NCBI GenBank assembly: GCA_964473825.1 | Contig: CAYYQL010000005.1 | Coordinates: forward strand, 1-64,000 | Direction: 5' to 3' | Origin: an uncultured archaeon | GTDB taxonomy: Archaea; Asgardarchaeota; Thorarchaeia; Thorarchaeales; Thorarchaeaceae | Length of the DNA: 64,000 bases | Shown: positions 19,393 to 29,231 of the stretch, piece by piece | Layout of the letters: every line of letters starts with the position of its first letter | Numbering within the stretch: position 1 is the stretch's first letter | The notes under the pieces: model-generated | Told to the model about the DNA's origin: nothing | The model's input: the letters and a program-made list of their open reading frames with translations, nothing else | Database searches by the model: none | Position numbers and translations under genes: made by a program

Positions 19393-20634
19393 TCAGGCAC
19401 CATACTTCTCGATGTGACCGGCGTGGCCAAGCAGAAGTGGCATGACATCCAAGCCTCTTATCATGTGCAGAGAGCCGTTGGCCATGTCAAACTCAGAGAA
19501 TCTGTTCACTCGATCTGGCCGAATGAAGTCACAATACAGCACAACAGGAACGGGATCGCACGTGTGTTCACCCACCGAAACAGGCGTGCAGTGGTCTGCA
19601 GTGACTAGAACTACTAGTTTATCACCGACCTCGTCGAGAATCTTACCTATCATGACATCGCTCTTCTCGATTGCTAACACCTTTTCAGCGGCATTTCCGT
19701 CATGGCTCGCATTGTCCGGCGCCTTGATATGCACAAACACATAGTCATAGCCAGACTTGATGCATTCAATGGTCTTCTCAGCAATGCCATCGAAATTGGT
19801 CTCGATTGTGCCTGTCTGCCCCTCCACCATGATATGGTCCATTCCAACATACTTGGCCGTGCCTATGTAAAGAGCTCCCCCTGCAATCACGGCCGACTTG
19901 ATGCCATACCGTTTCTTGACTGTAGGAACATCCTCATGCTTGCCCGCCCCCCGCAACAGAATGACGTTAGCCGGTGGCAGACCACGCTCAACGCGCTTCT
20001 TGTTCACTTCTAGGTCCTTCAGGAGCTCATGTGACCTCTTGACAAACTCGTTCACTATGCGCGCAGTCTTCTCAGCCTCCGGAGAATGAGGGTTGCAGGT
20101 CAAGATCCTCTTTCCAGTCTCGTGGGGGTCTATGTCACTGATGTCTGCAGACAGGTCAGGGCCACGCAGGACAATGGCGCCACGATGTTCGACTGTATGC
20201 ACGAACCTGATGGTGACATCTTCGATTATCATACCATCAATCTTCTCTCCCAGTGCTGAACCCTCCTCAGGAGAGATGTCACGACCTGCCCGACGGTCTT
20301 TTACGACGAAATCCTCATCGATGGTTGCGAAGTTTGAGCGGAAAGCAACATCGCCGGGCTTTGAGTCAAGACCGGCGCCTAGAGCCTCCAGTGGGCCACG
20401 TCCGGGATAGTGTTCCTCTGGATCGTACCCGAAGAGGGATAGGTGCGCAGTATCGCTCCCCGGTGTCTGTCCATGTCCAATCACATTCATCAGACCAGTC
20501 TGCCCCTTCTCAGCAAGCATGTCAAGATGGGGGGTCTCAGCCGCTTCGAATGCGGTCTTCCCTTCTAGCTCCTTGATTCTGCGATCACCCGCTCCGTCCA
20601 AGACGATGAGAAGTGTAGCCCGTTTATCCGTCAT
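19393..20634 (-). CDS. apgM: 2,3-bisphosphoglycerate-independent phosphoglycerate mutase (archaeal)
   Basis: VLDGAGD, PGSDTAHLSLFGY, GRGPLEA, DNASHDG, TADHCTP; adjacent to eno. Confidence 0.93.
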   Translation of the reverse strand: MTDKRATLLIVLDGAGDRRIKELEGKTAFEAAETPHLDMLAEKGQTGLMNVIGHGQTPGSDTAHLSLFGYDPEEHYPGRGPLEALGAGLDSKPGDVAFRSNFATIDEDFVVKDRRAGRDISPEEGSALGEKIDGMIIEDVTIRFVHTVEHRGAIVLRGPDLSADISDIDPHETGKRILTCNPHSPEAEKTARIVNEFVKRSHELLKDLEVNKKRVERGLPPANVILLRGAGKHEDVPTVKKRYGIKSAVIAGGALYIGTAKYVGMDHIMVEGQTGTIETNFDGIAEKTIECIKSGYDYVFVHIKAPDNASHDGNAAEKVLAIEKSDVMIGKILDEVGDKLVVLVTADHCTPVSVGEHTCDPVPVVLYCDFIRPDRVNRFSEFDMANGSLHMIRGLDVMPLLLGHAGHIEKYGA

Positions 20635-20637
20635 ATC

Positions 20638-21936
20638 CTAGAAATTCCTCCACGCTGTCATAAACTGCCTGCCCGGATAGCCATCATGTGCCTCAAGGAT
20701 TTCATGTATTCTGAGCAGACGGTTGTACTTGGCGACCCTGTCAGACCGTGCAGGAGCCCCTGTCTTGATCTGCCCTGTAGAGAGGCCTACGGCAAGGTCA
20801 GCAATGAACGTGTCACAGGTTTCACCGCTCCGATGGCTGACTACAACCGGCCAATCTGCGGCATTGGCAAGGTGCGAAGCCTCGATGGCCTCTGTGACCG
20901 TGCCGATCTGATTGACTTTCAGCAGAAGACCTCGTCCTGCTTTCATATCAATGGCCTTTCTTACGATGTCAGGATTTGAAACCGTCAGGTCATCTGTTAC
21001 TATCTGGATATCTGTCTTCTCAACGAGGGCTGCGAAATCCTCGAAGGCAGTCTCGTCGAATGGGTCTTCAATGCTGGCAATCGGGTATGTGTCAATGATC
21101 TCAAGATAGAACTCCAAGAGGTCTCCCGAGTCGAGGTGCTTCTTGTCAATGTGATACTTCCCATCCCTGTAGAACTCGCTTGCTGCCGCATCAACTGCAA
21201 GCATCACCTCACTCCCGGGGGCATAGCCTGCCTCACTCGCTGCTTCCATGATCTCATCGAGTGCATCGGTGGTTGAATCAAGTCTGAAGCCGCAGAAGCC
21301 GCCCTCATCGCCCACATGTTTTGCCATAGGTCCATACTTTGTGACCATGTTCTTTCCCAGAGTGTGATAGACCTCTGCAACACAGCGCACAGCCTCTCTG
21401 ATGGTAGGAGCCCCAACAGGCATGACCATGAACTCTTGTATGGCAAGGTCGTTTCCAGCATGCTCACCCCCGTTGATCACATTGGACATGGGAACTGGCT
21501 GGAGATACCTTGGCTCTTTGCCGAGGACTTGGGTACGAAGATACTCAAAGAGGCGCATGCCCAGATGACTGGCGGCAGCAACAGCAGAGGCCATAGAGAC
21601 AGATAGAACAGCATTTGCACCCAGGTTATCCTTTCTATCACTGGGGTCAATTTCAAGCAGTTTCTCGTCAACTACCTTTTGCGCAATAGGACTGGTGTCT
21701 TTCAGGCCCTGGAAAATGGTAGTGTTGACATTCTGCATCGCATGTATGACTCCCTTTCCCCTGTATCGATCCTCACCATCTCTCAGCTCAAGGGCCTCAT
21801 TGGCACCTGTAGATGCACCGCTTGGGACTCTCGCAATACCGACTGACCCGTCAGTGAGAACCACACGTGTCATGAGAGTTGGGTTGCCTCGCGAATCCAG
21901 AATCTCCATCGCCTTGATTGTCTTGTACTTCACCAT
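20638..21936 (-). CDS. eno: Enolase
   Basis: ILDSRGNPT, PSGASTG, GDEGG, LLKVNQIG, SHRSGET, QIKTGAP. Confidence 0.97.
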   Translation of the reverse strand: MVKYKTIKAMEILDSRGNPTLMTRVVLTDGSVGIARVPSGASTGANEALELRDGEDRYRGKGVIHAMQNVNTTIFQGLKDTSPIAQKVVDEKLLEIDPSDRKDNLGANAVLSVSMASAVAAASHLGMRLFEYLRTQVLGKEPRYLQPVPMSNVINGGEHAGNDLAIQEFMVMPVGAPTIREAVRCVAEVYHTLGKNMVTKYGPMAKHVGDEGGFCGFRLDSTTDALDEIMEAASEAGYAPGSEVMLAVDAAASEFYRDGKYHIDKKHLDSGDLLEFYLEIIDTYPIASIEDPFDETAFEDFAALVEKTDIQIVTDDLTVSNPDIVRKAIDMKAGRGLLLKVNQIGTVTEAIEASHLANAADWPVVVSHRSGETCDTFIADLAVGLSTGQIKTGAPARSDRVAKYNRLLRIHEILEAHDGYPGRQFMTAWRNF

Positions 21937-22130
21937 TGTCTCTAGCCTTCCTCAAAGTAGCGAGTAATCATTCTCTACAAGAGAGGGAGAGGGGATTTAT
22001 ACTAATTCATATCTCCATCGAGCGCCAGTTCTGGAGAAGAGTGTCTGGCGAGTGAAGCATATGAGTCAACATAGAAGGTCTATTATGCATCTCCACCGTG
22101 AATTTCATGACCGACGAGTGTGAACGAGCA

Positions 22131-23558
22131 ATGAGCAGTGAGAGAACCCGTTCAAAGATTGTATGTACGATTGGACCAGCTTCTAAGGACAGAGATACCT
22201 TAGCTGGAATGGTGGAAGCAGGTATGGATGTGGCACGACTGAACCTGTCCCACGAGAACCATAACAGTGCACGCGAGGTGTTCGACCGGATACGGTCAGT
22301 AGATGATACGATTCCTATACTCTTCGATATTCAGGGGCCAAAGATACGGATCGGTGAGATGCGAGAACCTGTTGACCTGGAGAACGGGCAGGAGATAGTC
22401 CTTACAACAAAGGAGATTGTCGGCACGAAAGACAGAATCTCAGTGTCACACGAAGACCTTCCCCATGATGTACGTCCAGGTGACATCATCGCCATCAACG
22501 ACGGGATAGTCAGACTGGAGGTTGTGAGCATCGACGGAGAGGAGGTCCAAGCAAAAGTGACGCACGGCGGGCCAATCTCCAGCCGGAAGGGTGTGAATAT
22601 CCCGGGCATCAAACTCTCATGTCGTCTGCCAACAGAGAAGGATTTGGAGGACCTCGACCTTGCTGCGGAACTAGAACCCGACCTAATCGCGCTCTCCTTC
22701 GTGACCGATGCATCTGACGTCATTCGGGTAGAGGATATAGTCAAGGAGAATGGGCCGAAGAATGTGGATATCATCAGCAAGATAGAACATGCACTTGCTA
22801 TCGTCAACTACGATGAGATCCTGAAAGAGTCACACGGCGTCATGATTGCACGAGGCGACCTTGGAATCGAAGCGCCCATCGAGGACGTACCAATACTTCA
22901 ACGAGACCTCATCCGCAAGGCAAACCTGTGGGCACGGCCGAGTATTGTTGCAACCCACATGCTGGAGTCCATGACATCAGAACGTCTGCCAACACGGGCG
23001 GAGGTCAGCGATGTTGCGCATGCCATATTCGATCGGGCAGATGCAGTAATGCTTAGCGGAGAGACTGCCATGGGTCACGACCCAGTTGGAACAGTACAGA
23101 TGATGGAACGTATCATCAGGAAGGCGGAGAAGAGGATCACAAGTGTCGATCCCGCAGATATGACATCACCACAGAAGATGATTGTGGAGGTCATTGGCAA
23201 TCTTGTGTATAGCACAGTATCATTACTCCCAGGCAAGATCGACGGAATCGTCACCGCTACAAGAACAGGGTTCACGGCGAGATGGATATCGAAGTTTCGA
23301 CCCCCGACAAACATATTCGCTGTTTCAAGAGACCCCACTGTCATGCGACGTCTGAGGCTGCTCTGGGGTGTCCATCCAGTCAGATTCGAGAGAGATGTAG
23401 GCAGCGTTGACGATTTGGTGAAGGAGGCTGTTCAGGCGGTTCACAGAGCGGGCCTTGTGGGTCCCGACATGGATGTCGTGTTCACATCAGGAATACGCCA
23501 CATCCCACACAGAACGAACATCCTCGGGATATTTCACGTTCAGGACCTCTTGGACTGA
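22131..23558 (+). CDS. pyk: Pyruvate kinase
   Basis: KIVCTIGPAS, RLNLSH, GPKIRIG, SKIE, ARGDLG, PTRAEVSD, MLSGETA. Confidence 0.96.
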   Translation: MSSERTRSKIVCTIGPASKDRDTLAGMVEAGMDVARLNLSHENHNSAREVFDRIRSVDDTIPILFDIQGPKIRIGEMREPVDLENGQEIVLTTKEIVGTKDRISVSHEDLPHDVRPGDIIAINDGIVRLEVVSIDGEEVQAKVTHGGPISSRKGVNIPGIKLSCRLPTEKDLEDLDLAAELEPDLIALSFVTDASDVIRVEDIVKENGPKNVDIISKIEHALAIVNYDEILKESHGVMIARGDLGIEAPIEDVPILQRDLIRKANLWARPSIVATHMLESMTSERLPTRAEVSDVAHAIFDRADAVMLSGETAMGHDPVGTVQMMERIIRKAEKRITSVDPADMTSPQKMIVEVIGNLVYSTVSLLPGKIDGIVTATRTGFTARWISKFRPPTNIFAVSRDPTVMRRLRLLWGVHPVRFERDVGSVDDLVKEAVQAVHRAGLVGPDMDVVFTSGIRHIPHRTNILGIFHVQDLLD

Positions 23559-23640
23559 AGAAGAAGGAGACTGAATCCGGGCAGGTTCTATCAGGTTATG
23601 CTCTTGCAAAGAAAAGGGAGGGAGGACGACTGTTGCCGTC

Positions 23641-23784
23641 CTATAGCTTTTCGAGTTCTTCACGCACACACTGGATTCGTTCGAGTGCTTCGTCGAAACA
23701 CTCCTTCAAATGATCGAGCCGTTCGTCATCCGACATTTCTTTGTGGTGTTTTGAGTCACCGCATTTGCATTTTGTCATTTTCAT
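23641..23784 (-). CDS. Small Cys/His-containing helical protein (hypothetical)
   Basis: MKMTKCKCGDSKHHKEMSDDERLDHLKEC...; fills the gap divergent from the HxlR gene. Confidence 0.45.
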   Translation of the reverse strand: MKMTKCKCGDSKHHKEMSDDERLDHLKECFDEALERIQCVREELEKL

Positions 23785-23977
23785 CACTTGGGTGCGAACA
23801 CTGGAGAAGTAATATAAGTCCGCGCTAGAAGTCGGTGAAGTTACTTCGCCCATGCAAAGTGCAAAATAGATGCCACCATTCCAATCATGTCCCATAACAG
23901 ATTTCTAAGACCCCAACAGGCATATACTACAGAGTGGCGACATCATCATAGTCATTACGAGCTAGGAGCAGAGAGAA

Positions 23978-24361
23978 ATGAAAGAGCAACCGGAATCTAC
24001 GAGGTCGTGTCTTGAACCCTTGAAGATGCTCTTCGAACAACTCGGACGACCCTGGACGGTACAGCTGCTCATTCTGCTGGGAGAGGGCGGCAACATCCGA
24101 TATCATGAAATCCGAGAGGGGCTGAGGAAGGCGGAGGGAAGGGAGATCAGCGATGCGACCCTCTCGAAGCGACTCTCCAGCCTAACAGACCTCGGACTTG
24201 TCCAACGGCATGTGATCGCAGAGACTCCACCTCAGGTGGAATATGCTCTCTCAGAGGCTGGGATGGAAACCTACAGGCACATATGTGTCATGACAGAATG
24301 GGCACAGCACAGATGCCATTCGGGCAGTCTGATGCCGAGATCTTCCGATGAGTGTTCATGA
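23978..24361 (+). CDS. HxlR-family winged-helix regulator
   Basis: LGRPWTVQLL...RYHEI...ISDATLSKRL..L...GLVQR....TPPQVEYALS. Confidence 0.88.
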   Translation: MKEQPESTRSCLEPLKMLFEQLGRPWTVQLLILLGEGGNIRYHEIREGLRKAEGREISDATLSKRLSSLTDLGLVQRHVIAETPPQVEYALSEAGMETYRHICVMTEWAQHRCHSGSLMPRSSDECS

Positions 24362-24568
24362 AATGCGTGAGCTTCATGGAAACAAGATGTGGTGGACCGG
24401 TCTTGCTGGTGTAGTCAGACTAGGAATTGCAGTACAGTCATCCCTCATGTTTTCGCGGTAGATAATCTTGAAACTGAATCAGTATTTTATCTTCGTTGCT
24501 AGGAAACGAGTATAGAAATTCAGGCGTAAGGAATAACACATGTACTATCCATCAAGAGGCCGCTGAAG

Positions 24569-25264
24569 ATGCAAGAGAAGAAAGGGATCAAAGAGCCTCT
24601 AGTCGTAGTCTTCCTGCTCTCGGCGTTCTTCATGAAATTGGTGTCTGAGTTCGTACACGAAGTGATTGGGCATGGACTCTTCGTCATGCTCTTAGGTGGA
24701 ACAATCAGGTCTGTGTACATCAGTGTCCTGTGGCCGTATGAACTCTCACATATCCAGTGGACACTTCCTCCCTTGGAAGTATGGCAAAGAGTCTGGCTCT
24801 ATTCCGGCGGTATCATAGCCACCGGCGCCCTGGCACTCGTCCTGATAACCTATCTACTGGTCAAGAGTCCCGACTATCGTCTGACTGTAATCTTCAGCTG
24901 GCTCGCCTTCTGGTGTCTGATGAATGCCGCAGGATACCTGGTCATCGGTGGCCTACATCCTTTTGGGGACATAGCAGGCCTCATGAATCTCAATGTAATC
25001 AGCAGTGCTCAGTCTTTGGGACTGGGCATCGGTATTCTCGTCATGGGATTCATTGCACTGTCTCACGTACAACGGAAGGCCTTGTTCGCGATTCTGGGGA
25101 GGCAGGCTGCATTCGCAAACATCGTCATGTGGACAACCGTACCCGTTGTGACCTCTCTCGCAGCTATTGGGATGGAAGTCTGCGCTCTTAGAGTTCTGAT
25201 GGCCGGGGTAATTCCACCAGTCCTCTCCGTACTGCTTGAACTCCGCCTCCTAAGAGTGAGATGA
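24569..25264 (+). CDS. Membrane protein, M50B/zincin-like peptidase
   Basis: HEVIGHG metal motif variant, downstream PFGD, multiple TM segments. Confidence 0.6.
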   Translation: MQEKKGIKEPLVVVFLLSAFFMKLVSEFVHEVIGHGLFVMLLGGTIRSVYISVLWPYELSHIQWTLPPLEVWQRVWLYSGGIIATGALALVLITYLLVKSPDYRLTVIFSWLAFWCLMNAAGYLVIGGLHPFGDIAGLMNLNVISSAQSLGLGIGILVMGFIALSHVQRKALFAILGRQAAFANIVMWTTVPVVTSLAAIGMEVCALRVLMAGVIPPVLSVLLELRLLRVR

Positions 25265-25310
25265 GGGTGTCAGGCCAAGAGCCCTCAAAGATGTTTCAGA
25301 AGAAACTTTA

Positions 25311-25862
25311 ATGTGGCAAGCTCTTTGCTCTCTAAGTAGGAGAGCAGCATTGAACGATAAGGCATCTAAGGTTCCATGGAAAGGTCTGCTTGTGCTCATC
25401 TTTATCCTCATCATTGTGAGCATCGTGGCCTATCAGTTGTCAAGCATCGGGGGATTCATCGCAAGCGTCTTCGCGGTCTTTGTAGGGCTGATCGTCAGCT
25501 TCTTCCGAACGGACCTGAAGAGAATACTGGGTCTCGAAAAGAAAGAGGAATACAGAGAGGTGCCCATCGTTGAAGCAGACGCAGATAGAAAGCAGATTCG
25601 TAAACTTGAGAAGATAATCGCAAAGGAACGAACAAAGCTTGCCAAGACAGTGGCAGAGTATGACGACGCTCTCCCTGAAAAGAAGAAGCGGAAGCTCGAT
25701 CAGGAGATTCTTGAAGACTCCACAGAAGTGATAGCCCTGCTGGACCAAGCCAAAGCACGTGCAATCCAACTTGGAGAGTCCGATTTGGTGCAGCACTACG
25801 ATGAGATTGCTGAGGAGATTGAAGAGATTCGGCAGACTGCACGGGCAAGGCTCGGTCAATAG
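25311..25862 (+). CDS. Hypothetical 2-TM protein with charged helical C-terminus
   Basis: Two hydrophobic helices followed by an E/K-rich helical region; start uncertain (TTG ~25350 possible). Confidence 0.65.
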   Translation: MWQALCSLSRRAALNDKASKVPWKGLLVLIFILIIVSIVAYQLSSIGGFIASVFAVFVGLIVSFFRTDLKRILGLEKKEEYREVPIVEADADRKQIRKLEKIIAKERTKLAKTVAEYDDALPEKKKRKLDQEILEDSTEVIALLDQAKARAIQLGESDLVQHYDEIAEEIEEIRQTARARLGQ

Positions 25863-25965
25863 AACCCGTGTCGGCCCTTTCTTCACTCCCACGATAGTCT
25901 TAATGAATCTAATACCTAGGGGAAGGTACAAATGACCTTGAGTGAACACCTTACATAGACATTCC

Positions 25966-26955
25966 ATGTATGACAGCACTCCCGCCTTACGAGCATCTTC
26001 TGCCTACACGTCGACAGTGAATCTGGCACGAAGCTATCTGCGACAACGAGACTTCTTGACCTACGCATCACAGCTTGTCCCTGAACCTCTAGGCTCAGAA
26101 ACATGGTCGCTAGCCTGGGGCTACATCCGGAATTTTGATGATATGCTAGATGCTCCCGGACTCACCAAGGCGCAAGCCGTCGCGATGCTGGAAGGCGAGA
26201 GGAATATAGTGGAGAGAGGTCTTGCGGGAGACCTCCAGCTTGACAGGACAGCACCACTGCGGCACAGATGGCTCTCACAGTTCTTCGATAACGAGAGGAA
26301 GTTCTATAGTGGCGAGGCAATTGAGGTGGTCATGGATCTCTACGAGAGTGCGTGGGGTGATGTAGAGAGAAAGGGGGTTCTCATGTCACAGAGCGATATG
26401 GATAGGCTTCTCTACAAGAAGGCGAGGTCGTTCTTCAAACTCTACTTCATCCTGTCAGACTACGACTTGGGTGGCTGCATAGATGAGCTATCGTACACAC
26501 TTGGCATGGGATTAGGGATGCTCGACGACCTGCTGGATATCAAGAACGACTACGATGCGGGGTACATCAATGTGACCCGAGAAGAGATGGAAACCCTCGG
26601 CGTAGGACTCGATCCCGAGGACAGGGGTTTTCTTAATCGTATCTTGGACGCCGGATATGGGACCCTTCGAGGAAAGAAGATCATGTCGCTGCTTCTACGG
26701 GCAAGACGCCTTGCACGACAGGTCCGACAGCGCCTTGTGAGGATGCTCATCCTTCGACTCACGGAGATCTTCGCAGCACCTATTCTAGAGGGGCGTCTGA
26801 TTCCCGGACAGAGTTACTTTTTCAAGGGTGGGAGATTGGCAAATCGAATCCTCCCGGATAACGAGTCCCTCGCATATAAGATCGGACACCGACTCATTGG
26901 TCTGTTCTTGTCTGTGCCGCAGGTGCTTCCTTCGCTGATGACCTCCCCCTATTGA
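25966..26955 (+). CDS. Class I isoprenoid synthase fold protein (squalene/phytoene synthase-like)
   Basis: Two Asp-rich motifs: IRNFDDMLD and MLDDLLDIKNDYDAGYIN. Confidence 0.65.
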   Translation: MYDSTPALRASSAYTSTVNLARSYLRQRDFLTYASQLVPEPLGSETWSLAWGYIRNFDDMLDAPGLTKAQAVAMLEGERNIVERGLAGDLQLDRTAPLRHRWLSQFFDNERKFYSGEAIEVVMDLYESAWGDVERKGVLMSQSDMDRLLYKKARSFFKLYFILSDYDLGGCIDELSYTLGMGLGMLDDLLDIKNDYDAGYINVTREEMETLGVGLDPEDRGFLNRILDAGYGTLRGKKIMSLLLRARRLARQVRQRLVRMLILRLTEIFAAPILEGRLIPGQSYFFKGGRLANRILPDNESLAYKIGHRLIGLFLSVPQVLPSLMTSPY

Positions 26956-27119
26956 GAGCCCACTAAGCGCTGAAGCAGTAGCATCGTCATGCTGCAAATG
27001 GAACGTCTTGTTGCACTCAGAGGGAGGTGCATCTGCCAGACACCGAGCGGTGAGAGAAGATATCTCAATCTCATTACGCTCAGAGAGGTTCCATGAGGGG
27101 ACTGACGGTCCAGACAATG

Positions 27120-28103
27120 TCAGGACAAATCAGTATGCTCCGATTTCTGGGGTCGCCTCGGAAATGCGGTGGCCTCAGAGATATCCTCGAAACCACAGAT
27201 GTACCGTGTCAGCCGCTCCAGACCTATGCCAAAACCAGCAGAGGGAGGAGTTCCCTCCTGAAGCATCCTGAGATACCAATCATAGTCACGAAGGTCCAAC
27301 CCCCTCTGTGCAATCTTGCTCCGGGCAACCTCGGGACGATACTCCCTTTCGCCTCCGGAGATTCCTTCACCAAACCCCTCTGGAAAGATAAGGTCGAAGT
27401 CTCTGAGGACTGCTGGATCAGCCGGATTGCTCCTGTAATAGAACCCTCTCGTCTCCACCGGGTAATCAACAATCCAGAATGGCTCATCGTGAAGCAGCGA
27501 GAGAGCGGTCTCAGCCTCTGCTGACAACTCGTCACCGCTTCGAGTATCACAACCTAACTCTCTTGCCATCGCGACAGCCTCCTGAAAAGTCATGATTCTG
27601 AAAGGTGTAGCAGGTACCTTTACCGTGCGGTCAAGCGTCTCGAGCTCGGAGAGTGAGGAGGTCTCGGCAACCCGAATCGCACTGACAACCAAGCCCTCGG
27701 CCAACGCGATCACTTCGTCCCGGGAACTACGGGCAACTTCAACATCAACCTGAAGAAACTCAGCAAGATGACGATTCGTTGGATATCTCTCAAGACGCAC
27801 ACAGGGAGAGAAGATGAATATCCGGTCGAGGGCGCCCACAAGCATCTGCTTCTGTAGTATCATACTCGTAGTGAGCCTGTACTTCGTGCCATAGAAGTCC
27901 ACGGAGGCGGCCTCTGCTCCGCGGATGCCGGGGTCAGTGACAGGGCTGAGTATGACCGGTGTAATCTCAACAAACTTGTGCTCTTCCAGAAATGATCTGA
28001 TTCCGGACATCACAGAATGTTGTATCTTCAGTATGGCTCTTGCTCGTTCGGAGCGTATAGATAGATAGTCCTCTTCATCGGGTGATGTGCTCAGGGTTTT
28101 CAT
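27120..28103 (-). CDS. Archaeal asparagine synthetase A-like (AsnRS catalytic-core paralog lacking anticodon domain)
   Basis: LTTSMILQKQ, SPCVRLE, RHLAEF.QVDVE, GISGGEREY, SAGFGIGLERL; 327 aa. Confidence 0.85.
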   Translation of the reverse strand: MKTLSTSPDEEDYLSIRSERARAILKIQHSVMSGIRSFLEEHKFVEITPVILSPVTDPGIRGAEAASVDFYGTKYRLTTSMILQKQMLVGALDRIFIFSPCVRLERYPTNRHLAEFLQVDVEVARSSRDEVIALAEGLVVSAIRVAETSSLSELETLDRTVKVPATPFRIMTFQEAVAMARELGCDTRSGDELSAEAETALSLLHDEPFWIVDYPVETRGFYYRSNPADPAVLRDFDLIFPEGFGEGISGGEREYRPEVARSKIAQRGLDLRDYDWYLRMLQEGTPPSAGFGIGLERLTRYICGFEDISEATAFPRRPQKSEHTDLS

Positions 28104-28182
28104 AGTCCACTCCGTATCTCGACTTTGTCATTCTAACACCCAGCCATCCACGTGACAGAGGCAAGTTATAGCTTTCTACGCA

Positions 28183-28245
28183 AATTACGTAATTCTGCCG
28201 TGATTGGCACAAACTATTTCTACTATGACGTAATAATTACGGTCA
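28183..28245. promoter_or_regulatory. Candidate Lrp/AsnC operator palindromes
   Basis: Perfect AATTACGTAATT (28183-28194) and CGTAAT-A-ATTACG (28229-28241) between the divergent asnA-like and Lrp genes. Confidence 0.5.
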
Positions 28246-28248
28246 CCG

Positions 28249-28713
28249 ATGAAGCTGAGTGAGACCGACCTAAAACTTCTGCGCGTGCTCCAAGAGGACT
28301 GTAGACAACCTGTCACGAACATTGCAAAGAGACTCCGAATCCCGGTCACTACTGCCTACGACAAGGTGAAACGTCTGGAGGAACAGGGAGTGATTAAGGG
28401 ATATACAGCAATCCTGAACGAGAGAGAACTGGGATTCCCCACAACAGCACTCGTCCTTGTCTCTGTGGGGTATCCTCCAGGATCCGAATTCTCACAGGAG
28501 GCTGTGGCCGACAGCATCGCTGCGTTTCCTGAGGTCTCCGAGGTCTACATCATCGCCGGCGATTGGGACTTGATGCTGAAGATAAGGTCACGTAGTATCG
28601 AGGATGTGGGCATCTTCGTGATCAGGAAGCTGAGGAATGTCGAGGGTATCGCGAAGACCAAGACCATCTCTGTGTTCAGAAGGGTAAAAGAGACTCCCAG
28701 GCTTCCGATATAG
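28249..28713 (+). CDS. Lrp/AsnC family regulator
   Basis: LSETDLKLLRVLQEDCR...KRLEEQGVIKGY...IAGDWDLMLKI. Confidence 0.93.
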   Translation: MKLSETDLKLLRVLQEDCRQPVTNIAKRLRIPVTTAYDKVKRLEEQGVIKGYTAILNERELGFPTTALVLVSVGYPPGSEFSQEAVADSIAAFPEVSEVYIIAGDWDLMLKIRSRSIEDVGIFVIRKLRNVEGIAKTKTISVFRRVKETPRLPI

Positions 28714-28973
28714 ACAATCCTTGGCTAACATGGGCAGCAAGAGGACGAAACGCTGTTACATCAAGCCTTTGGAGCATTGATGGTAATGCGAGTCTTGTCA
28801 AGCCCGTTGACGCCGAGTAGAAGTTGGCAGGCTAAGAGAGAGACTCGGTTGATGGAGTCATTCATGGACGGGCTCGATGGAGAATTCTCATGGAGCGCGG
28901 GTACACCAACAGCCACAGAAGGCAGGGATATTTCAGCGTAGGAGTTCGTATACTCCAGCCGATGACTGAGAGC

Positions 28974-29075
28974 TGGTCACTCAGACACCATCGTTGACCA
29001 CGACAGAGACCACCCAGCGCCGTTACCTCGGGTGACGACCCTTTGGGGTCCAAGATCGTCCAGCCTACAGTGAAC
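28974..29075 (-). ncRNA. Candidate structured RNA / dispersed repeat, copy A
   Basis: About 79% identical by hand alignment to 47893-47993 (+); conserved stems; TATA-like GTATAAG ~25 nt upstream on the minus strand. Confidence 0.5.
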
Positions 29076-29231
29076 GGTATATCACTCACGAAACTTATAC
29101 CACTTCATCGCCCTATCCTCATGAGAGGGAGATATCTGTCGAGAGAATATGTCTGATTGCGCCAGATTCGTGCAAAATTCGAAGAATAGTTTATAGGATT
29201 TCACGTGTATGATGACACGGGAGTCTTAGAA

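Noticed and set aside
28974-29075. Repeat element as tRNA/tRNA-Sec (3' ACCA, UCA in a loop), HDV-like ribozyme or SECIS
   Set aside because: No T-loop or 7-nt anticodon loop; HDV-like pairings seen in copy A break in copy B; no AUGA/GA quartet and no selenoprotein candidate nearby
28862-29089. ORFs 28862-29089 and 47851-48090 as a small protein family
   Set aside because: Shared residues arise only from the DNA repeat; a 1-nt indel shifts the frame between copies and the flanks are unrelated
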